From assembly GCF_009914755.1 (NCBI RefSeq), contig NC_060929.1: a DNA stretch of 64,000 nt; one strand, given 5' to 3'. How positions within the stretch are numbered: the stretch's first letter is position 1; every line of letters starts with the position of its first letter. This document shows positions 53,506 to 64,000 of this stretch, piece by piece. The position numbers and the translations under genes were made by a program. The notes below the pieces were generated by a model. It made no database searches and was not told where the DNA came from. It saw only the letters and a list, made by a program, of their open reading frames with translations. Source of the DNA: the human T2T-CHM13v2.0 reference genome, Homo sapiens.

Positions 53506-54795
53506 CTCCCCCGCCACACACACTCTTTCATAGACTAGATACAGAATAAACTGCTGAAAAATCCACTGGGGGGCCACATTTTCAGTTAATTCCCATTAAT
53601 TGCTTCTTCAGAATGGTTCAGTTGAAGGGAAGTTTATTCTTGGCACAGCCATCAAGTGGTAGTTAGTTTGGAAGGTCCTAAGTTCCGAACTACCTTGGGG
53701 GCCAAGCAGAACTTGGTCCCTTGCTGTGGTCAGTTGGTCATGGAGGGGTGCTCACTGCCAGACAGCTGACAATACAGGGCAATGGGTAGGATGACCAGAC
53801 ATTTGAATTTGTTCCTCAGAGAGGCTTCGTTTGCAGGAAAGTGCCATATTTTAGCCCAGGAGTTAAAACCTAGAGACAGGAGTTTTGTTTTGTTAAATGA
53901 TTTGGCTTTTTTCTGGACTCACCACCTCTTCCAAATACATCAACCTTCCTGAAGAGCCCTTGGTGCAGGAGGATTGAGAAAGGGAGTGGAAAGAGCTCCA
54001 GGTTCAGGGTCCAGGCCATGATTTAGAGGCCTCAGGTATTCAGGGATCTCTGTCCCCAGAAAACCAACCAAATTCTTGTCGCAGATCTATCATTCGTCAG
54101 TGTTGTGACCCTAGGCAGGTCGCTTCAAATCTCTTCATTTCACTTCCCTGAACCGTCACCTCTGAGTGGCAGCCCCTGCTCTGCCCATCTCTCTGGGCCT
54201 ATGTGGGCATCACAGGAAATTCAAACAAAAACTTTTCACGAGTTCTAAAGCATGAGACCCATGTCAAGAATGAAAAGAATTTTAGCCTCCACTGCCCTGG
54301 AGTCCCCCAAGTGGCTTCTCTATTAACCACTACCAAGGGCCTGGCTTATTCTTCCAGACATGAAATAATTGAACACTTTATGGCACTTAGGAAGCACCCG
54401 TTTTAAGGCTTTAGGTCCATTTAACTATTCTTACCCTTTTAACATAACGTAGGCCATTAGGAGGCACAGAGGGATCTATAGAACTTCCTCAGGTTCTAGC
54501 AGCTTCTCAGAAGTCCCTGAGCTCAGATCCTATGCTCCGGACCCTATGCTCTTGGTCACTCCAATCTACTACCTTTCTGTAATGTCTCATCTCAATACAG
54601 GCATTTGCCTGCACACTTATACGTGCAACCCACAGTGCAAGTCTTTCTGAAGCCCAACTCAGATTCAGGGGGCTTTGCTCTGCAGATGATGAACAATGGA
54701 ATCAAACATTTAAGCTGTGAATAAATAATTACTCATTTCTCTGATCTTTTGCGGCAAGACACCAACACCTGTCTTTATTTTAATTCATTTCCCAG

Positions 54796-54939
54796 TGTGT
54801 TGTGGCGAGGATGAAATAGTGTATCCTAGGATGCCAGGGGAATCCACCGTCTGCCACCGCGAGCGTGAGAAGCCAATCACCTATCACTGGTATCACTGGC
54901 ATCCCGGCCATATATACCCTAGAGTTGCATCAATGGAAG
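54796..54939 (+). CDS. FAM153B: FAM153 coding exon 2 (VCCGEDEIVYPRMPGESTVCHREREKPITYHWYHWHPGHIYPRVASME)
   Basis: tttcccag|TG..GAAG|gtgttg, 144 nt, phase 1-1. Confidence 0.85.
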
Positions 54940-55269
54940 GTGTTGTGGAAATTCAGTCATTCAGTTCATTCATGATATGATTTCTAGATTCTTCAGTGTC
55001 TCATATTTCAGACAATTATAAAATTGCGATGCTATATTCTTTATTTCATGTGTGCATATTTAAATGTGTTAAGTCAATCACTAGTGCTACAACCAGAGGA
55101 GTAAAGGTGTATTTCCATTCCAGATTTGGGTTTACTTTTAATAGTAAATAACATCTCAGTGCAAATTGTAGACATTTTGCTGATTGTTAAAACATTAATT
55201 AAAAAGGATCTTTTTCTGAGACAGTGTTGCCAGGTTTGTAAAGTAATGGACATCACTTCAAACTGTTTG

Positions 55270-56620
55270 GAAGTAACCGAAAAATGGAGGAAGTGGCAAC
55301 AAAACTTTCCATATACCCACCTTCCTCAGTATTTTTTGGTGATCCCATCTTTGTGAGTGTGATAACGCTCGTAACAATGACTGAGCCAATAGTGATACAT
55401 TCTTATGAACAGAAGTCCAAGGTTAGCATCAGTGACTGAGCCAATAGTGATACATTCTTATGAACAGAAATCTAGGGTTAGCATCAAGGTTCACTCTGTG
55501 TTGTCCAGCCTATGGGTTTTGACAAACTGACAATGTCTTTTGTCACCCTGACGGAATAATTTCACATCCTAAACATGACCTGAGCTGCATCTACTAATTC
55601 CTCTCCTTTTCTGAGGATTCCTGACAACTATGGATGATTTTACTGCCTCTATAGGTTTCCTTTTCCAGAATTGTATAGAGTTGGAATCATAGAGTATGTA
55701 GCTACGTATAACTAACTTATTTTACTTAGCAATATACATGTAAGATCTTTTGTATCGTTTTGAAGCTTAACAGCTTAATAATTCTTATCAGTGAACAATA
55801 GTCCATTGGTTTCATCGAACAGGGTTAGTTGGTTCACTCACTGCCTGAAGACCATCTGAGCTGCTTCCAATTTGGGTAATTATGAATAAAGCTGCCCACA
55901 TTCTTGTGCAGATTTTAAGATGAACATAATTTTCTAATTTAGCTGGGTAAATATGTAGAATTTTGATCACTTGCTGGTAAGACTATGTTTTCCATTGTGT
56001 TAGGCAGAATTCACCAGTACAATTATGTGGGCATTTTTTTTTAAGTTATTACTTCCTGATTAAATTCTATAATGATAGAGGCCTACTCAGATTATCTATC
56101 TCTCCTTTGGGTGGTTATGGTAGTTTCTCCCTTTGAAGGCATTTGTCCATTTCATCTAAGCTAGGAAATTTGTGGGTGTAGACACTTGAATCTGACAAGT
56201 TGCCTGCTTGGTTCTCATCAAAGGCTACTGTGCTTCCTGTCATTCCTACTCTCAAACTTTTCAATAGACTTTCACTCCTGCACTTAAAAAATTGCAGGCA
56301 TAGATTTGTTGAAAGTATTCTGTTATTATTTTCTTAATGATTATGGGATCAGCAAGGATAATTCCTCTTCTATTCATATTGTTTGTACATCGTGTCTTCT
56401 GTATTTTCTTTGTGATTAGCCTTGCTGGAGGTTTACCAATTCTATTGATCTTTTCTAAGAAGCAGCTTTTGGTTTTGTTGAGTTTCTTTATTTTATTATT
56501 TCTATTACATTGATTTCTGCAAATATTGTTATATTTTGGGGGAGGAGTGTTGCCTGGTTTACATTACACTACACTTTTTTCTCTAGTTTCCTAAGGTGGA
56601 AAGTAAGACATCTGGATTTG
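55270..56620 (-). mobile_element. Old L1M fragments, including a 55-bp tandem duplication at 55378-55486
   Basis: ccttttccagaattgtatagagttggaatcat..gaataaagctgc; gtccatttcatctaag..ttctattgatcttttctaagaagcagcttttgg. Confidence 0.65.
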
Positions 56621-57147
56621 GATTACATTTAGTTTACTGCACAGAATTGTGAATGGCACTGATGCCCCTGAAGTGTGCACTTGATTATTAAAATAATAAA
56701 TATGATGTATTTTGGCCACAATACTGATTTTAAAGCCAATTAAATGGATGATAAGTACAGGAGGAGCATATGTAGATCAAGGAAAGATAAATGACATTAT
56801 AACATTTCAACAACAAAAGAAATTTACCGGGCCTCAAAATGCACAAGGGGGTGATGGGACACTGTCATGAAATCAGCAGTGCATTTGTGTGCCACCCTGT
56901 GTGAACTCTGCCTTTTTCGCAGTGGTGTGGGGGCTTAGCCAGAGAACCAGGTCCTGACTTCTGTGGCTTTCCTGATGGTCTCATTTGCCTTCCCTCATCA
57001 CCCAGGAGGGTGTCCCAGTGGAAGCCAAGTTTCTACCCTTAACCCACCTCCTTTACACATGCCAGCCCCCTGTCCTTAGCATCCAAGGTTGCCTAAGGGA
57101 TTCCTTCAGTGGAACCAACATGATGACAGTTACTCTGTGTTTCCTAG

Positions 57148-57206
57148 ATTACGATGAGGACCTGGTGCAGGAAGCTTCATCTGAAGATGTCCTGGGCGTT
57201 CATATG
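57148..57206 (+). CDS. FAM153B: FAM153 coding exon 3 (DYDEDLVQEASSEDVLGVHM)
   Basis: ttcctag|AT..ATG|gtaagt, 59 nt. Confidence 0.88.
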
Positions 57207-57597
57207 GTAAGTTCTTCTTTATGTTTCTGAGATGGAAATTTTGTTGCTCTTGGTTCTTTTTTATTTTATTTGAATTGAGATATGAAAATCTTACCATGTA
57301 CATTATAGATGACTTACAGAATATTTTGGTGGGAAAATGTGAGGGTCATTACCAGGTAAGAAATGATCTCAGATGGCATTCTTAGATGACACCTTCAGTT
57401 ATGAACTGTATGGCAGAAAGAATTTTTGTTAGGGGAAAAGCTTTCTTCTTACAACATTGTGACTATACAACCAAAACAATCTTGAAAGTCTTGCATAAAA
57501 ATCTTGTGCCTTTCCAGAAGTGTCTTCGAGGCTTTAGGACCATTGCCTCAACCACTGTCTCCCATCTGCTTTTCTAATGTCACCAAGTAAAGAAAAG

Positions 57598-58000
57598 ACT
57601 TGTATGGTGAAACCCCATCTCTACTAAAAATACAAAAATTAGCTGGGCATGCTGACCGGCTACTGTAATCTCAGCTACTGGGGAGGCTAAGGGAGCAGGA
57701 TCGCTTGAGGCCAGGAGGCGGATGTTGCAGTGAGCCATGATCATGACACTGTACTCCAGCCTGGGTGACAGAGCGAAATTCCAGCAAAGAAAGGGAGAGA
57801 GGAAGGGAGAGAGGGAGTAGGGGAGAGAGAGAGAGAGAGAGAGAGGCAGGAAGGAAGGAAGAAGGGAAGGGAAGAAGGAAGAGAAAGAAGGAAGGGAAAG
57901 AAAGAAGGAAGGAAAGAGAAAAAGAGAAAGGAAGAAAAAGAAAGAAAAGAAAGGAAAGAAAGAAAGAGAAAAGAAGGAAGGGAGGGAGGGAAAAGGAAAA
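57598..58000 (+). mobile_element. 5'-truncated old Alu whose tail has expanded into a ~210-bp GA-rich tract
   Basis: Alu 57598-57785, then pure purine (gaaa/ggaa/ga)n. Confidence 0.85.
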
Positions 58001-58063
58001 CCTGTGCACAGAGGACACAGCATGGTCTGACCCTTGTAGTGTTTTGTTTTTCTCTAAATGCAG

Positions 58064-58088
58064 GTGGACAAAGACACAGAGAGAGACA
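58064..58088 (+). CDS. FAM153B: FAM153 coding exon 4 (VDKDTERD)
   Basis: atgcag|GTG..GAC A|gtacgt, 25 nt. Confidence 0.88.
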
Positions 58089-59397
58089 GTACGTATTCTG
58101 GAATCACCCCTATGCTGAGGAAAAATTCTAGTGTTGACAAAGGTGACACTTTCTTGCCTCATTTTTTCTGGAGAGCCACTCTGGTTTGAACTTCCTGCCA
58201 GAAATGTGGTTCAAGCACTTTTGTCTTGACAAGTGAAGAACCTGGTCAAGAAATGTGACCGTTGACTCTGGTGCTTGGAAGGAACAGGGTCATTTGGATA
58301 GAAGAGGGTGTTGTGAATCAGAGTTGGGAGGTATGGAGGAATGAGTCAATGTGGAATGATTGTGAATGTCTCTGCGAGTTTGTGTGCTTTTCCCCAGAAA
58401 ATACGTTCCCATATGCAAAGCACAACACAAAGATTGATATTCTAGAAACAAAATTTGATCACCACTGCATTTTTGCAAAAAATCAACCCATTCATTCCTC
58501 ACCACAGCTGTAGCTGAAGGTAAGTTTAATATCCCAAGTCCTCACATGGAGATGATGTAGAGATGAATTTTTCAGGCTTTTGGTCTCCTAAATGGAAATG
58601 GCATAGATGAACTCGGGAATGGGTGGAAGGGTGATGCTGTGGGCTACTAGTCTGAAGTTATAACATGGCCCTGGTGTAACTTGTCACCATGTCAGAGAGT
58701 CCTTAGCATCTATGTGTATGTGGAAGTATGTTGGCCTATAAAGATCTCCAGCACTGTATACCACAATAGAATGGTCTCAATGGTCAGCTGACCCAGAGTT
58801 TGAGTAGGTTCATTGTACAGTGAACTTGGGTGCGGTCATTAATATGAAACATACAGAGGGAGCTGCCAGGCCTTTGGTCTTAAGTGATGGGGTATTCCTC
58901 AGTTCCTGGTCAAGGGCAGAGAACATTCAGAGATATATTCTATTATATTTAATGAGATCATCACCACAAACGTTAGAAATGCTCCAATTCAGTAGCACAC
59001 ATACCCAAGACACAGCACCCAACAAGATCTCACAGAGCCAATTGGCTGTTAGCCTGGTGCCCATCTTGTCTGCTGGAATCTCTGCACAGCTGGGTAACAG
59101 AGGGTCAGCGCTCCCACCTGCTGTCACCCATGAAGGGCTGTCCCATTCCTGGAGCCAGTGTGAGTATGAGCAACAGCGGGCCCCATGACACACACACACA
59201 GTGTTAAAAGAAAGAGCAGAAGGACAAATATCACAGGCTAAGTAGAGGTCATCTTTAAATGGTAGGATAATTGAGTATTTTCAAATCTTGGTTTAGTCTT
59301 CTTTGAAACAAAGGTTAGTGAATATGTAGAATATTTTGGCTAGAATTATATCACCTCTTTGAAGAAAGGTTGCTTTTTACCTCGTACAAAATGTTCT

Positions 59398-59636
59398 GGC
59401 TGGAGACGGTGGCTCATGCCTGTAATCCCAGTGCTTTGGGAGGCCAAGGAGGGTGGATTACCTAAGGTCAGGAGTTCAAGACCAGCCTGATCAACATGGA
59501 GAAACCCCATCTCTACTAAAAATACAAAATTAGCTGGGCATGGGAGCACATGTCTCTAATACCAGCTACTCAGGAAGCACATGTCTTTAATACCAGCTAC
59601 TCAGGGAGCACATGTCTGTAATACCAGCTACTCAGC
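59398..59636 (+). mobile_element. 3'-truncated AluS with an internal 31-bp triplication
   Basis: agcacatgtct.taataccagctactcagg at 59545, 59576 and 59607. Confidence 0.9.
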
Positions 59637-60866
59637 TACCCATTCATCGTCCACCACAGCTGTACCTGAAGATAAGTTTAATATCCCCAGTCCTCAGATG
59701 GACATGCTGCAGAGTTGAATTTCCCAAGCTCTTGGTCTTTTAAATGGAAGAGACACATGTGAACTCGGGAATGAGTGGAAGGTTAATGCCATGGGCTACT
59801 ACACTGAATTTGTCACAAAGCCCTGGTATAATTTCTTGCTAGGCCAAGTTATTCCAGCACTTCTGTGTGCTGGAAGAATGAAAACCTATTCAGATCCCAA
59901 ACACTATCATTATCGGATGGTCTCAATGGTCAGCTAACCCAGGGTTTGTTTGAGTAGGTACATTGCACTGTGGGCTTTAGTGTGATCATTAATGTAAAAC
60001 ACACAGAGTCCTCAGGCTTTTGGTCTACAGCGTTGAGGTCATTCCTCAGCTCCTGTTCAAAAGCAGACAATAATCAGTGACATACTCTATTGTATTTAAG
60101 GAGATAATCACCGCAAGTCTTAGAAATTCAGTGGAAACCAATCCCAACACATAGCATCCAATAAAATCTCAAGACTCAACTTGGGTGTTAGCCTGGCACC
60201 CATTTTCCCTGATGGAATCTCTGCACAGCTGGGTTGGAGAGGGTCAGTGCCCACCCCTTGCCCCGCCTCGCTGCTCCCCATGACAGACTGTCTCTGTGCT
60301 GGAGTCAGTGTGAGCATGAGCAGCAGTGAACTCCATGGTGCACACACATGGTGTTGAAAAGGAAGAGCGGAAGAACAAATATCACATGCTAAGTAGGGGT
60401 CATCGTTAAATGGTAGGATAATAGAGTATTTTCAAATCTCTGTTTATTTGCCTTGTAACAGAAAGTTAGTAATAAAATCTTTTGGCTAGAATTAAATCTC
60501 CTATTTTAAGAAAGGTTACTTCTTGTTTAGTACAAAATCTTCTAGAAGGGATGATAAACAGATCAGCAGCACATGTGGATTCTGAGGAGGAAATGACTTT
60601 GGCAGGGATCAATAAGAGGGCAAGTTAGCTCAGGTCAGATTAGGAAGGAGGAGCCCTAAGAGGCTGCCAGGGACACACAGCCTGCACTGCTGGTGTGCAC
60701 TGTTTGAGATTGGCTATTATATGTTTATGAGGCGGCCTGGAGCTAGGAAGCCAAAGGCCCTGATTCCCTTTCTTCCTGCATCTCTCCTGTGCCTGCTACC
60801 CTCCTCCCAAGCCCACCTCAAGCACTGTTACTGAATTGTTCATGAGCGCCACCACCAAGGTGCTGA

Positions 60867-60989
<123 letters not shown>

Positions 60990-61437
60990 TGAGAAAAAAC
61001 TGTTGCTTTCTTAGCTTTATCTTATTTGGATTAAATTAAGATATGAGACTCTGACAATATGTATCTTAGTTACACAGTGTCCTTGGGGGGAATTGTAAGT
61101 GAGAGTCTGTCCCCACTGAGGCTTGATTTAAAACAGTGGGAGAAAATGACAGCATCAGTCACACATTGTGGGGCAGGGAGCTTTTGCCTTACTAATTTTG
61201 TTCTCTCTTTGGAGCAAAATCAGTTACTTGCCAACCAACATGGACTTGAGAGGAAATATCCTCTGAGAAAAATTTGTGTCTTTAGTATGAGTTGATTTGC
61301 TCTGTTCTTCTTTGGGGTTCCTTTGAACACTGGTTTTTCCATCTTGTTTTCTAATGTCACTAAGTGAAGTAAAGTCCTGTGCTCACAGGACACAGCATGG
61401 TCTGATGCTCATAGCAATTTATTTTCTGTCGTTACAG

Positions 61438-61462
61438 ACATCCTTGGGCGTTCCACAATGTG
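61438..61462 (+). CDS. FAM153B: FAM153 coding exon 6 (TSLGVPQC); the gene continues beyond the window
   Basis: ttacag|ACA..TGT G|gtacgt, 25 nt. Confidence 0.88.
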
Positions 61463-64000
61463 GTACGTATTGGGGAACCCCTCTCATACTGATGAGTAAT
61501 CTAGATGTTGAGGAATGTGGCCCTGTCTCACAGGCTTTCCTGTAGACAGGCAGCCTGAGCTGAGCTTCATGTTGTGAATGAGGACCTAGACTGTGATGGG
61601 AGAAATGGTTTTTCTAGATAAGAAACAGTGGCCACATTCTGCAGTCCCCGGGAACAACTGTGTTCTCTGAAGGTGGGGTGGGATCCCGTGCAAGGGGCCT
61701 GCCATGTCTTTTGTGAATTCATGTGGTGCCATGGTCCGTGTGTCTGGCGGGTGGGTGTGTGGGTTTCCATACTACATATCCCCAGAGTTTCTAGTGTCCA
61801 CATTCTCAACAGAGATTTCCGTCACCATTGCGGTCCTATTGTAGGCACAAAAAAAGATTAACTTGTAAGCTTCCAATGTTTGCAGTTTATTTCATGCACA
61901 GGGCACTTCAATAAACCTAAAAGAAATCCTGTCAACACAAAGGCAAATTCTTACTGCACACCCATAGAACAGGACTGTGTCAGAATCTCTGCTGATTTTA
62001 TTTTTTCATTCAGAATTCCCTGCTATACTTTATTTTCTAATAAACCTCACCTCTTCACAGGCCTTTCTATTTCCTCTGCCACTGGAGTGGTCATGACACC
62101 TCACTCTAGCCCCTTCCCTCCTTTACAAGCCTTTTATCTACCAAAGCCCTCAGAATTGACCCTCCACCACCCATCTTGAGCAGGGAGAGTGGGGCAGGGC
62201 TTCTTCCTGTGCATTTAGACCCTGGAGCAGCCTCATGCTACAGCGAGTTCTGGGAAACTGAGAAGAGAGGAGCCTGCAGGTGGGGTTGGGGTGAAATCAC
62301 CCCAACTTTCTCCATTGAGGCCTCATATTGACCATAAGATAATGGGGCCCAGAATGGATAATTCCAGGGTCATATAGAGTTTCAGCCTTCTATCCCTCAG
62401 CCTAGTCATGGTTTCTGTGTGCTCGGCTCAGAAACTACATGAAAAGAAAACCAAGGGGTTTGCCCTAGGGTCTGAGAGGCAGGGCGAGCACTTGCCTTCC
62501 TAGCATGATGGAGGGTGGCTCATGCACTGCAGGTGGGAAAGCAAACTCGGCTGTGGTACTGCAGAGGCTCCACGATGTCCCCATTCAACCGACTGTTGGC
62601 AAAGGTGCTTGTTTGTTTCTGAAGGCTGTTGCAAAAAAAACAAAAAAAAACAAAAAAAAACAAAAAGAAACAAGTGAATGCAGTTGGTTTCGGTGAATAG
62701 GAATATAAACTCAGCCAAATTTAGCTTGAGTTTTTTCTTGGAGTATGCATTTGGTGGAAACTTATTGTGTATAAATCAAATTTGATTGCTGTGTAGGTGT
62801 CATTACTTATCCCACGTTGTAAAACAATCAGGCTGGTGTGATTTGAAAATGTCCTTCACTAACCTCAGACACTGTCCCCTCATAACCCGATTCCCCTAGT
62901 CATCTTTAATCTCTAGAATATAGTTTCTTGTGGTACTCAGGGGGCTTTCTGCTGTGAGCGATTAAAGGTACAAATCAGTGTTACCAACATTGGGGCTCTA
63001 AAAATTCATAGACAGCTGCCCGTTGGGCTCTATGCGAGAGACAGCAGGCTACAGCCTTGGCCTGGGCCTGCAGAGGAACATGATTTGGAGGAGCAGAAGG
63101 AAGGCATGAGGGCAGCAAAGCCACGAGGGAAGCCAAGGTGCAACATCAGGAGAGTCAGTTCTACATCACCTGGGCACGGCCGGAATGTTCAAGCCTCATC
63201 TGAAGGAGGAGTTGAGCTCCGACTTCATGGCTGGCCTGAACATTGGCCATCTTCCCAAAAGCCTGGACAGAGGAGCTACTTTCTTGTTTCTTGTCTTCTC
63301 CATCTCCCTGTGTGTTGACAGCAATGGCACCACCAGAAATTAGTGAGAGACAGAGAACAGGAGTGAGTTCCTGAAATGTTCAACTTAGCCCAGAGAGGAC
63401 ATGATCATTAGGGATGGACTTCAGGGTCAGGCCAGACACAGAGTAGTTGCCAGGCTTGATCACCCTGTGGCTGGGACAAAGATCAGCTTCTGGGAGTCGC
63501 TGGACAGGTGGTCCTTGTGTAGCTACTATTGGCCAAGAGTGTCCTGGCCCAGAGTTCCGTTTTACTGGAGGGAGCCTCAGCTCCAAGGCAGGGCAGCTGC
63601 CCAATGCTAGTGTTGGAGGAGGCGAGGAGGGGACCTTGCTCTAAGGCAGGCTGAACTCAACAAAGGGAGAGGGGCTGCCCTGGAGTTTAGGTGGTCCTTG
63701 CAACCCTCCCGCGTGATCCATAAGAGATCAGTTTCTCTGAGACAGCCTTGCAATCATTAGTCCCAAAGTCTGTAGTCTCCTACTCACAGGTGGAGGAATC
63801 CTGGCCATGGCTGGTCACTGGGAGGGCAGGGACTGTGTCCTCATCCTTCTTTCTCATCCCAGAGCTCAGCTCTGGGCAGCCCATCTTGGGCCCCAGTGAT
63901 GTTCCGATGCCTGCATTCCTGTTCTGAGATCTAGCACAAGTGTGCAAAAACTTTCTGCTCATTTTCTATAGTCTCCGGGTTCCCACACTTACCCAGTTAC

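Noticed and set aside
57580-58162. Phe/Ser-rich and Arg/Lys/Glu-rich ORFs
   Set aside because: These are translations of the GA-rich Alu tail.

Overview
This is primate, most likely human, genomic DNA from a segmental-duplication mosaic, not a prokaryotic window. Most ORFs in the supplied track are spurious. From left to right it contains: (1) a GC-rich, largely palindromic REP522-like block with a CCAAT/TATA-dense core; (2) an old L1 fragment; (3) an orphan FAM83G exon; (4) a 5.4-kb CACCTG satellite with an internal inversion and an insert; (5) two dead USP24 exons; (6) a full-length L1PA on the + strand; (7) a CpG island and 19-bp VNTR in front of a decayed ANKRD20A/18-like gene that has lost its ankyrin exons; (8) a 35-bp satellite; (9) a second full-length L1PA on the - strand; (10) the first six coding exons of a FAM153-family gene (FAM153B-like, known from the 5q35 duplications). 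The most striking observation is that the two inverted L1s have different TSDs, so they inserted independently, yet share many private disabling mutations in patches. This suggests sequence exchange across the 20.5-kb promoter-bearing segment between them. The antisense promoter and ORF0 of the second L1 point at FAM153 and are phase-compatible with its exon 2. Gene and repeat identities come from recalled protein or consensus similarity, not database searches.
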